64,000 nucleotides of DNA, taken from NCBI GenBank assembly GCA_965235115.1, contig OZ249445.1, forward strand, positions 18,352,001 to 18,416,000, given 5' to 3'. Numbering within the stretch: position 1 is the stretch's first letter; the number at the start of each line of letters is the position of its first letter. Shown piece by piece: positions 11,801-24,099 of the stretch. Source of the stretch: Laetmonice hystrix. Its lineage: Eukaryota. A program made the position numbers and the translations under genes. Below the pieces are notes generated by a model. That model was not told the origin of the DNA, did no database searches, and worked only from the letters and a program-made list of their open reading frames with translations.

Positions 11801-13399
11801 AGTAAAGAAGTGCCGGTTGCCCACTGAAGACAGTCCTGTCAGAGTCTCTCTCAGAACATGCAGACATGTCTCTTCACCAAACACAACCACAAAGGCCACA
11901 CTTTGTCCGCCGACTTAGTATTTTTCATCTTGAAATCAATTTTGCTTTTCATCATCTCACGCAAGTGGAAAATGTATTTGAAAAATCAGAGTTTGGACTG
12001 CGGTGGTGAATGGTATTTATTCTGACATTCCACAGAAGTCTGGTACCGACAGCCTCATGAAAAAAACCAAGGTTCCTCTGCCAGAGTAAATCTTTGCTTC
12101 GGGGAGTTATATATTAAAATGTCTTTATGAATAGGAGTCGGGCCGAGCGCGCTTTCTTTGCGTCTGTCAGAAAAAGCGTCGATCTGAGACGAGTACAAAG
12201 AGTTGAGTTTATTCTCTGTTCATTGTAAGGATGGTGTGAACCGACACAAACCGACACCGTGTGACAAGAGATGTACAGTGGTGTCTCACAAATAACAGCC
12301 CGGGTTAACCTCGTTAAAAAACAAAATGAACTTCATCGTTAATATCGGCATTGTTAATCTACCTATAGTGATAGTTTTTTACGTTAACACGGGTCCTGTA
12401 TTATACTGGAGACTGTGCCAGTAATGGTGTACATCTCACGGCAGGGCCCGGCTACAGTAAATGTGTTCGGAGAGACCCGACACGGGGCCATATAACACGG
12501 TCTCGATCACAGCTTCTTACTGATTCTGGCTGTAATTCTACGTCCATCCCCACGGATTAGCACCAGCTGGCCTTCCATATGCCACACACTCTCCCAGCCA
12601 AATTGTTTATTGATGTTTTGCTCTTTTAACAACGCCTCCTACTCCTCCCTCTGAGAGAAAAAGCGATCGTAAAAACGGGAATCAAAAAGTTTCCTGGCAC
12701 CAGCGACCTGACACCGGAGTGTTCTGGTGAGATCGGCCGGCTAGCCCTTCCGGACCCACTGAGCTATCCGACATGGCAGACAGTCAGTCAGTCAGTGCTG
12801 GCAGAGTTGTGACTTCCTCCACTCGTTAGGAGGAAGGTTACCCCGTCACGGCTCGCCCATCCTGCCCCTGCTCAGCGATTATAAACACTGGGGATGGGCC
12901 TTTCTGTCTGGAGAGAGACAGAGGGAGGAAGAGAGCCAGCCTGGCCCCAGATGGAGGAACATTTTGTCCGGGGAGGGGGGGGGGGGGGCACACACACGTG
13001 CAGGTGCCATTGCTTCTGTTTCACTTTGTCTGAGCAGGTCAGTAGCAGAGAGGTCTGTAAGTGTTATGAGGTTGTGCTGGTGATGTTTTGGTTTATCCAA
13101 CAGGCATTCTTGGTGTACTGCACTCAGACAACGCTTGGAGCTCATCTAAACACAGAGCGAAAACTAAACACGGTGGGCCGGGTGGAAGGATGGGGGGGGG
13201 GGGGGGGTCGCCAGCCCTGTGAACATCCCTCTTTTACACAGAGACCCCCCCCCCCCCCACCACCACCACCACCACCACCACCATGCCATCACAACCTCCA
13301 GTACAGGGCTGCTACATTCTGGGTTAAAAATGTATTTCAATAAGTGTGCATGTCTGTTGAGTATTAATATTTACCATGGTAATTCTACATGATCCCTGA

Positions 13400-13940
13400 T
13401 TGTGTTTCAATCATGTCAAGCTATGAACACGCCCACCGTCTGCGGTTATCCAGCGATAGGTTGAGGAACACACGGCCGGTTTGTGTCCAGCTGCCGGACC
13501 TTCTCTGTATGTACCCTGGTAATATGGGAGAGGGCAGCGAGTGGCCAGGTGGAGGTGGTCGTACGGTGATTAACGACCCTCACTTGTCACGACCCCATCT
13601 TGATGACAGGTGTGAACGGTGCCATCTGTGTCCCCACCCACTGTATGGAGTATAAACTACCCGTGGACGACTCCCCCACCCTTCCACTCCTCCTAACTCC
13701 GATATCTCCATCCCTCTCATCCACATCCTTCCCCATCCCTTCAATCAATCCCGGAGCCCCCAGCCCCCTCCCCACCCCACCTGTTCCCGGGAAACCCCCC
13801 GCCTGCCGCCGGGTATACGGACGGACGTTAGCATACCTCCGCTCTCTAAATGCCCACCCAAGAATGTGGCGCTTCTTTACACACGCATGTTTTGAATGCC
13901 ACCATTTTTATCCTGTCTTTCGCGGTGAGATATTCAGGTA
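13400..13940 (+). mobile_element. LINE endonuclease relic
   Basis: PGGGGRTVINDPHL (like GGGV), EYKLP (like YRPP), GRTLAYL (like TLD) and HHFYPVF (like SDHxPVF). Confidence 0.45.
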
Positions 13941-15749
13941 GAAGATTTTCAACCACATTGCTAAACTTGTACATTGTATACTAATATTGTCTGTCAATTA
14001 AAGCTAATCAGATCTGAGAGTAAGGATACCTGTTTAATAGTAAGTATTACTTTCCATAAACACGCCGGGACACTATTGGATCGTAAACAAAGGTGTAATT
14101 TCTTTATAACATTTTGTTCATAAGGAAAAACAGATAGCCTGTTGTTAGGCATATTTGTTTATTTATTAAATTTGATTTGATATTGCAGAATGAGAATTGG
14201 TAAAACAAGGATTACTAGACTATAATGAGAACTGAAAGGTCAACTCATTAATACTGGAAATGTTATGCTCTTCCATGAAAATATCAGACCTGCTTCAATT
14301 AAGCCTTAAAGAACCAGTTTAAATAGCCTTGAATGCGGACAATCTTTGTTCCTTACAGTCAATTGGGGCATGCCTAGTTCAAATGGAGGTAGTTATAGAA
14401 CAATAGAAATCTCATTTGCATGATATTGCCATAGGCTGCCTGCAAATTGAGTTACAAAAAGAAACTAATTCTCATTAATCTGCATGTATTGTTTCACCTT
14501 TCAAAGTGTCATAGTACAAACGACAATTGATAATTACTTTCTTAACCCTTCAGGATTTGGCCAACATTCAGCTACAGGCTTGTCATCAAAGTTCATGGAA
14601 ATCAACAAAAAATACAATTACGAAAGTAATCAAGCATTCTGCCTTCTATTATCTCTTTGTCACTGTAATTTTTATTTGAACTGAAACTCACATAGGCGAC
14701 CTAACACCCTTATTACCTGTGAACAAGAACCTAATCTTGTTTAGTATATTCACATGCGAACATGGAATACCGCTGATGATTCGACTTCCTCTAAGCCTGT
14801 CGGAAAAACATTTCTACATCATTAAACTTTGATGTATATCACCGACATACAACGGTATTATTATACGAGCAAAAGAATGACACAATTCACACAACGTTAT
14901 GGCCGCAGCCCAACCACTACGGACTCAAAACGTGGACCATTAAAATTCTTGTGAAATGAAATGTTCACGATTGAATCAATCAGCCGGGGCCTAAGGCCAG
15001 AGAGGAAGTTAGTTAACGTTACGATGGAAACCGGACTTTGGATGGTGAAAACATCCAGTTCTATCCCACACTAATGTCAATCATTACCAGCTTCATTTCA
15101 ATGGTACAGTATATGACCTGTGTAACTTTAACTAACAACATCGCTAAATACGACCCGCTCTCGTTAATCAAACCCATTTGGCCTATATTTAAGAATCAAG
15201 ATTAAAACCCCCTGCCCAGGAGGGTTCACTTCAGTCTGGTAAAGCGGTAATAGAGTTCTATCCATTTCAAACACCCTGTGTGGTAATTACCATCAGCCTG
15301 GTCCAGTGCGGCACAGTTCATGTCAGCCTTGTTTGTTTCCACACGTCACGGGGCCATGTTTTCAGAGAACACTTGAGAAGTTAGCGACCAGAAATCGCCA
15401 GGCAAGGTGGAAGCCCACTCGAGTCAGTGCCCGCGGGGGCCATGTCGGCCGAGCCTGGGACGCATCCCTGTGGCTGGCCGTGGCCGAGACCAGCCGTGCT
15501 TAACATGTCAAACCCTTTACAAGAGACAATGCAACATGATACAATGTCACACAATGGGTTTTCTCCTTGCTGCAGGCAACCCGACGACAAGCTTCCCTCG
15601 GTGCACCCTCACTGTTAGCGCCTAGGCCATTACAAATTGACATTTCTTTCCCTAACACAACAATCTTTGACAGATACTCCAGCACAGTTCCATCAGGAGA
15701 GAAAATAAGACCAATGAAACCCTTGTAGTTGTCATTTTACTTAGGGGGT

Positions 15750-16520
15750 GGTGACAACACAAATGAATTCCCTTCATCTCAAAATTCTCATCCATCCTTT
15801 ACAGCATTATTTGGTTAATGCATATTCCAGGAAAACTCCATTCCCAATAATTGACCTTTCCATGAACTTTCCCTTATTTTGTCGCAAAATGACCTACTTC
15901 TATGACCTTCCTAAAGATCACATTGGGTTTCTAATCACGCCGGACATGGCAGCCCTAAAACTGCTCTCCTGCTGGGTCTAAATGGTTTTTGGAAACCACA
16001 CAATCCCTTTTATATCCCAATTTACATTACCATGAACAAACGTGGAGTAGGTCACCTAGCAACCAGAGCTGAGACAGAGTATACGTCTACATGTGTGTGT
16101 TTCCATGGAGGAGTGGGCCAGGTGAGAGATGTGGCCAGGCGGACAGTGGCCAGAGGTTCACCCACCTGAGGCCAAAGTAAAGACACCAAACATTTGGTCA
16201 GGCCGCCCACCCCGCCTCCCCTACACACATCACTCGCCCCACCAAGCCTATTTTCCACTTGCCCAGGCTCATCTTCCCCTGACTGGACCTTTGTCCAATC
16301 CCAGGCTATACCGACCAGACTTAGCTTACAGGTGAGCCCATTCATACACCTGACCACTCCGACAAAGGCCGGGCGGGGCTGGCCGTTCCATGCCCAATGT
16401 TGCTATCTCTCACACCTTTTGTTGTTACAGGCTCATCATCCCGACCCATCCTTTGATGTGGTCACGCCTGACCGGGCCTGATCTTCACGCCCAGTTCACA
16501 CCGTGCACTGTTTGTTTGGG
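15750..16520 (+). mobile_element. Two adjacent LINE fragments (pre-RT segment, then an endonuclease segment)
   Basis: ILIHPLQHYLVNAYSRKTPFP...NFPLFCRK (15780-15890), followed by VRPP and IHLTTPTKAG (16190-16370). Confidence 0.4.
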
Positions 16521-17049
16521 TTGATAAACACTGTTAGAGCAGCTGAGCTGATTCGGAGACCACCATCCGTTTAACTTTGTTCACGTGAAGAATCTCATTA
16601 GCATAAATCTTTTGTTATTTTATGAGGAATATCCCACTGATCAGTGCCTAACGACGATTGGATTTGACTGGGTTGTTCCAGTCAATGAAGGCTTAGCACT
16701 TTTATAAAGGTCCTGTCAATCTTCCACCAGTTAACGATCAACTTTTACATGGCAAGACCCAATCAAGCAATTAATTACAGTTTATTATCATTACTCATTA
16801 GTAAATTTACTGCCGTTCTTTCTTTCGCCTCATTTAATGCACACTGAAACTGTAACCCATATATGGAAAGTTTAAAAAACCTTTTCCAAACAGAATTTTA
16901 AAACAAAAATGCTAATCCTATTACAATCACTTGACAACGCTAAAAATCTCTAACCCTTTTATAATTACCTTTCAAAACTGCCAATTCCATAGCTTTCATG
17001 TTTATTCCATGCCCGAACCAGTTAAGACTTATTCATGTCATTGCTGAAT

Positions 17050-18450
17050 TACCCTCGTAAGGAAACGCTCAACCAGCGGCACCACAATAATGGGGTAGGA
17101 ACCCTTGGCAGGCTCCTTCAAAGAGTACCGACTGAATGTACGTTAATTAATCTCTTTACATTAAAGTTATCCCCGGGATTCCCTGTATTATCCCGTTCTT
17201 CACGAGTATACATGTACTCAAAATTCAATCAACAACACGGCACGGAGGACTCCTTGTTTCCTTGGCCGAAGAATTCAAGTTCGATATTTTCCTGACTGTG
17301 ACCAGTTTTAATAGTGTCTGCCTGCAGCATCAGTCGTACTTCTCAGACTAAGATCAAGTCATCAAGTAATACTCCCCGCTGTGTTACAAAGTGACACAGT
17401 AGCCTACGTGTTCTGCGTAGTTTGCCTCCTCCCTGGGTGAACAAATAGGCCAGGATCGACAAGTCAGGTCGACAGATTGCCATCAGCTAAAGGCACTTAA
17501 GGTGAAGGATTTAGTTGAAGTTTGATCCCATTTGTTGATATTAGACCTTACTCCTCGAAAGGTCATTGGGATTACATTTATGCTATAATGAGCCGCTTGG
17601 CTGAGTCAATTGTCTGCATTTTTGTAATGAGTCGTATGTGAACAAGCCATTGCGAAAGTTCCCTGCGGCAGAAGGCGACTTAACATTTCATCCCTAAGTG
17701 TTTTGTTACCTTATTAGCAGAGGCCAAATCTGTATACGTATTCTATGATGGATGTGAATAGCCGGCTTGGAGACTTACGTGTCCTCTTATTCATACATTC
17801 CTGAGAATGGCTAATATCACTATGACCATTTTCGGAAGATCTGCCTCACATCTGTCCGACTCCTCTTTTAGTGTCCCTATTGCTATGTACAGTGAATTAG
17901 TCCATCTTACCCGGAAACTTCACTTTTTCTAGTAGCACTTTTCATTTCTTTCCTTGCCGCCAGTCAAAACACTGTGAAAGCATTAGGATAAACTGCACAT
18001 ACAAGTAAGTTTGCAGTCGCCGAAGCTATTCCCAATTTCACTGAGATACAATTTGGTAAGCAGCGGAAGACATTTCTGAGTTAGATTTATTTGGTCATAT
18101 AAAAAATAAGTCTACATAGGGACATTCCAGGGGGAATCCACTTGGCTGCCAACCAGAACCTCTGTATTTGCTGCAAATCAAAAGGGCGAACTGTCCTTTC
18201 TTTATTGGAATCAGCTTACTGTAGCGTCTCTCAAAACACTGTTTGCTGCCCATATTGCCCGAGTACGGTTCATTTTGTCCATTAGGCTCGCCTTGTTTGC
18301 TTTCTCTCAACCTTTTATCACAACTCTGAAACATGTTGAAAACCTGTACCAGGTCAAATATTTGTAAGAAAACAATGTGCATTTGTCTAACGGCCTGAAG
18401 GCACCAGAGTCTAAACACTCGATGGCCAGAGCGCACTTGTAGATTTGTGG
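17050..18450 (+). mobile_element. Decayed CR1/L2-type LINE (EN end through the RT YADD region)
   Basis: RVPTECTLINLF (about 17120), PPPWVNK (about 17425), SLPPVKTL (about 17950), QFGKQRK (like QFGFR, about 18050) and YQVKYL*ENNVHLS (position of YADD, about 18350). Confidence 0.55.
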
Positions 18451-19649
18451 CTCGCCAAACGAACGACTCAATCAATCAGCCTCCCATATCCCCGCCAATG
18501 GTGAAGTCGACCGCACTTGATAAATGTCCGATTGCCATGATAAAATGTGTAATAACTGTCGCCACTAAGGCACCAATTTATGGCCTTCTACGTGTGCATT
18601 GATCTCTTACTCCATCATCTCTTTACGCGTCCACGAGGTGGCTTAGGACGGGAGATTACTCAAGCTTGGTTTTGTCTCCAAATAACGTACGACGGGTGCC
18701 ATCCTGACCCCACCCCGCCCTCGGTAATGGGATAGGCCGTCTTGGTGGCACGCTTACAGTATCTTGTCGTCTAATCTAATGGCTATCGGGTTCAGTTAAC
18801 CTGAAAACCTAGAATATTTCCACCCAAGCACTGCCTAACAGACCTGCCAGGCCTGGGATAACAAAGCCTCCACTCTGTCGTGTTGACCAGAGCCCTGCAC
18901 ATTGTTTGACAGAGGATCTGGCTGAGCAAGCAAAAATTTCTGTCTGGGGCACACACATAACTACTATGTCTACAAATTATCACCCCACTGTGTCATCACA
19001 CTTGTCAGCATTTGTCAGTTGCCATGGCGATCCGAGGGTAAATTCGGCAGTAATGTGGTCCAGGGTCATTACCCAAATCATCGCCTGTTTACAAAATATA
19101 TCCTAAACCTACTTTATGTAATGGTATTCCGACATGACAACTCTGTTTTCAATCAACACTTACAGAACTTATCCCTAAGGTAATGTTTTTTTTCCTCGCA
19201 CGGTTGGTAAATCGTAAGTCAACACATCTCAGAATACTACACAATCCTGCTTAAAACATAAATATTTAGTGTTGCTTTAAAGGCGTGAACTCTGACCGCT
19301 GAAATTGCCCCACAACCACAGGTTTTCTTTTTCCTTTGACACTAAGACTACTCGTTTCACAGTCTGGCACCAAACACCCGTTTTTGGTCAACTTAATCTT
19401 AGGGACAACAAACTCGGTGTGAGGAGTCCACCTTAGGTCACGTCTCTTTCACAATCCGTTTGCTGTCCCGTTACATACAAATCTTCTTCACCTCACTGAT
19501 GTTATTCCAGAGATAGTTTCTCTGTTTAGCTTCCAATTATGCCAATATCGCTCAATTTCTGTGAACACACAAACACAAACCACAGTTGTATCTGCCCCCA
19601 CACCACAGACCTCTCTCTCTCGTCAGCCTTCATTGCTGCCAGATGGACC

Positions 19650-22150
19650 GGTCAGGTTCAAACCCTTGGAGGCTGGCAGAGATTTTCTGACCATGTTTAA
19701 AACCGATCTGTGCTCACAGTGACCGTGGTCAAGACTTCGACTAACCTGCTGCACACCTATTCTGGGCCTAACCAGCCTGGACGGCGTGATATCACATTCT
19801 AGCGGCCCTGGGTATGCGAACGTTGGCCCACCAACCTCCTAACCTCCACCCTAGCCTTCAACCTCCCATCATGTGCCCTTATCAGATCCCGCCAAGGGTC
19901 AGATGACCACGGGTCAGTGCCGTATCCGGCTCCTTCTCCCCCGCCCAGACAGTGGTCAGCTGTGCTCTACGTGACAGTAATTGACCACGATGATCCACAT
20001 TCCCTCCACCCCCGCCTACAGTAACGTCACCCAGATAACTTTCTCCCTCTATACATCAAGCCAAGCTCCATCCCGGCTCCCTACTCCAATGCTATCCCTC
20101 AAACCACATCACCCTGACTGCTGACTTCACCTCCTCCACGATACCAGAAAATATCGAGTCCCACACACACTCCGACATATTACACACTAAGCGATAACAC
20201 TGCTGCCCCCAGAACTCACTCCTCGCAAACATCTTCCCCGCTAGGATATAGCGGTGTACCGCCAACTTCCCTTCTCACATATATTCATGGTGTTATTTGG
20301 GGTTTATCGCTGACCATGCCGCTGATAACGGTTGCCTGTTGAAGGGGCTTCCATACGCTCCACATCGACATTAAGATGTTGGACCTGATCAGGAACATGT
20401 GACCAGCCCTCCAGGGGTAACTTGACTTCCACGCTTCTATCACGTTGGAATGACATCAACTCCAACAATCTGATGGCGGTCCCTCAGGAAATTATCAGCG
20501 TACTAAACCAACTCTACCGCAGGAATGTAGTCAGTTAGTAACCCAACCTTTGTTTTAATATGCTAATCTGAGAGATCTTTTCATAGATTAGCTATTAAAA
20601 CTAAGTTCATGATCTAGGTTTTAAGTCGTATTCCAGTCACCTTTCTGACTTACTGTTCCTGCAGCGCCTTCACAGATTGCTGCACTTTTGGCGCCACTTT
20701 GGCTTTCTACATATATTTATTTTTCATGGGCTCCATGTCCCCGTGGTGAAAGTTGACCAATCCGCTGACCGTTGTACATGATGAGGGAATAGTCCATGAC
20801 AGGGTACTTGAAGATGTCCGACGCAGGAGTTGAGATGAAATATTTATGACGGCGGTAGCAGGATGTGCAGCTGTGTGCAATGTTGACCAACATGTTAGTC
20901 AGGGTACAGCCGCCCAGCTCAGTCAGCATACTATCAGCTTTCCCGCTACATAACCCCTGCTGCCCTTTACGTAGGTGTACCATTTATTTTCATAGGAGTA
21001 ATATTCAATATCAACCAGAGACACCCAAGATGGAGACCCCGACTTGAGTACCAACGGCTCATTCCTCGACCATAACCTTTGTGTTCGGTGGGGTAGGAGA
21101 CAGATCAGGAAGTTCCGGGAAAGTTCCTAGAAGTTTACCATAAAAACCGGTGTGATTCAGAGCCCCCCTCCCGACTCTGGCTCTCATCTGGTTTCTTACA
21201 TCAGATTTCCAGAGGCCATGGCCACACAAATAAACACACGTTGGCTGCAGCCATGCCTTTGGATGAAGCGGCCTATATAGCGGCGACCCTCGCGGCAGCT
21301 TCCTCAGACTAGTCAAGAGATTATAAAATTTGAAGACTTGTTCCTCGCGCCAATCACCAAGGCCCTGGAAGCGGTCCGCTCAGGGCTTCCCATTTGTCCC
21401 ACACCCATAACCTATAACTACTACCACTATCCAGAGGGCCTTAGACACACACTTGAAGGGACTGGTCGCCAACTTGCCTTTTTTTCGTGTCATGATTTAT
21501 AATCCGACTTCACTCAGCTTGTCCTTTCTCCACACGTTTGGCCATGTCCATTTGGTGAGAAACATCAATCTTCCCGGATGTGACAGACCTACTTGACTGT
21601 ACTCCACACTAACTATCCATTTCACTGCTCGATTTGACGCTCACTCTCCATTTCACTACCTAATTGATAATCTATATCGTAACAGCTTTACCAGTGATCG
21701 ATCGCAGGTACTTTTTGTAAAAGTTTAATTCCATTACAGGTTCTATGTGCTGCAGCCTCGGGCCCAGCCCCAGTCAAGGCATATAACTTCAGTATATAAG
21801 AGCAAGACTTTGCAGAATTCTGCTCAGAGCGAGAAAGCAAATAATCAGGGAAGAGTTACTTAAGGAAACAAGAAAAACTTGTATTCTTTCTGAATCTCAT
21901 TACGTTTCTTTCACAATTTTCCCCTTCTATCTTGGGGGTTTCACAACAGAATCATTTGCCGCTGCGGATAAACCCATCTAAATGTGAATTAAAGACTGTG
22001 AGAAACAGGTCACTTTGATCCTCGGTGCGGGGAGCGTGTGCATCCACGCACAGGCTCCGATGAATTTTATATCGGCTATAAAACTCTGTATCTGTTCGCT
22101 CAGCTGATAGCACCACAAGTACCACACCATATAACCTTTCATTAAGTGGT
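19650..22150 (+). mobile_element. Decayed near-full-length LINE ORF2 relic
   Basis: TDLCSQ*PW and PGY (EN start), MLDLIRN (about 20380), LCAMLTNML..QPPS (about 20870), LIWFLTSDFQRPWPH (like FLDFxKAFDxVPH, about 21185), AQGFPFVP (like PQGS) and YKTL (about 22076). Confidence 0.6.
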
Positions 22151-24099
22151 CCATTACTGTGATGCATTCCATCATGCAAGTATCCCCAATGGAAGTGGCC
22201 TTTCTTGGGATACTCCCCCGGGACCGTGGAGAAGTTGGTAGTATGAATAGTGCAATCACCCGCCCGGTGGCACGGACGCTCACAATCAACGCCTGCTGAG
22301 TCACGTCAGCCGTATAGGCACGGAGGATGAGGAGGGAGGTGGGAGGGGTAGGGGGGCTGGCTGATAACAGGCCCCAATAACCGGCACTTCCGATACCACG
22401 GATCACTATCTCCAGGGCTTTGATCCACTTTCATGAAAAACACTTCTTATTACTACCTATCATCAGTTGTATCTACCTCGTTCGTTATCCAATAAGTAAT
22501 TGCTACAATCAACGACAATGTCCTCCCCCAAATACAGATGCTATCGGTGTCACAGGCTTTCAACGTCTAACTGCATATTGACGGAACATGCTGACACACT
22601 TACATTACTTCTTATTTATATAACCATCAAAGAAATGGATGGAATTTGTATTTATTAGATTTCTATTCAAAGTAACATTCATTTGGATTTGTAATTTTAC
22701 GAATATTTGCAAATATCGCGTCCAAATACCAACGCTACCAGTGACTGCTTGTGAAATAGCGTTCTCTGACCTTTCTACAAGGAACAACTAGTTTTTTGGC
22801 TTCCTACAATTGCCCATTATTTTATCCCGAAGAAAAATGTCGTGAAAAAAGCCTCTGGGATGATTTGTATAAATTGAAACCTAATGTATAAAATCAGCAT
22901 GGCTTCATGTAATGATCCGATCTGGGGCCATTTCACGCCGAGTCTGGAATCGTTTTTCACTTTCCGACTTCCAAACGTTCCTGGCTGGTTTGGGGCGTCG
23001 AGATACTGAATGTTCAACATTGTTCCTGTAGCATCACATGTCCGTACGAGCAGGCAATTACTCACTTGACTGGCATTGGTTTTTCGGTTTAGTTCTTTCA
23101 CTGTTTCTTTATTGTTGCGGTAAATAACTTGTAATTCTTTAGCGATCCACTGAGAAAGTTTACAAGACCATTATCGGACGGTTAGAGTTAGTGTCACCTC
23201 TAAAGATTCGACAGGTGCTTCTTGCACCTAATCATGGCTGATGCCTACACCACTTGTTTTCAACCCATCATGTCATGAGAATCGACTTGTTCTAATGATG
23301 CTGAAACATTATATCTAGACGCACGAGGCGGACTCATCCGTCATTCCACAGTGTGGAATGTAACGAGTACCAGTTCTCGTTACTCCAATTGTAAGCACTC
23401 CTTTATACATTTCATATCGATCGGCGCCAGTAAAAAATAATAATTATCATTCTGCATGACCAAGGATGGTCGACAACTAGAATTATGCCGCAGTCCATTC
23501 GACCAAACCAAATCAATGCTAACTGCTTCGAGACGTTCCAAAACTGCCCACTTATCATAGCGGAATTGCCTGACACGCAGCACTTCTTAGAATGTGATGA
23601 AATACACCAACAAATATTCTTTTTTTAAAACTACTTCTTCATTAGGTTTCTACCAACTGAAATGAAAATCTTTGCGGTTTAGTCCCAAATTTTCTCGCAG
23701 TTCAGAGAGCGCATACCTTGCATGCCATCTTTTCATGATTATACAACAATATGTTAACATAGTTACGTTTCTGTTCACTATAATTCTGGTCTGATACTGA
23801 GAAAAGCACCCAGCATGATGTATGGAAGTAATTATATACAGCTCCATTTTAATTATATACTTGTTATGTATTGGACTGTGATCATCTAAAAGTACTAATA
23901 TGTCAGGTTCTCCTCATGCACGCCCCTTTAAATTAAAAAAAAACTAAACATGAGGTTGTTTTTTGACTTCCGTGAAACATTTGTCATAATATGCCTTGAG
24001 TGGACGTATACCCAACGTCCCAAAGTAGTCACACACTAATGATGAATCATCCTTGTCAGGAAATGCACCATTTCTTGTTTGTGCTGTCCGACTTTTTCC

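Noticed and set aside
14705-14735. Second possible minus-strand AG|GT site (ttcttgttcacag|gtaata); similar plus-strand sites at about 40964 and 63736
   Set aside because: Short pyrimidine tracts and non-consensus donors, at a level expected by chance.
18095-18530. Minus-strand WEAD..YK..RPL resembling a Polinton integrase
   Set aside because: The match is weak, and the + strand reads as an ordered RT region (QFG...YADD position).
19715-19744. HSDRGQDFD integrase-like motif on +
   Set aside because: There is no flanking integrase context, and the overlapping frame fits the start of a LINE endonuclease.
20717-22406. Minus-strand integrase-like snippets (SCTSCYRRHK, SHPG..KWTWP, ITVMDH)
   Set aside because: They are out of order and would need three tandem integrases. 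The + strand gives a collinear LINE ORF2 motif series over the same bases.
22817-23101. YLDAPNQPGTFGS resembling a Polinton integrase N-terminus
   Set aside because: It is an isolated short match with no downstream DDE core or other Polinton genes.
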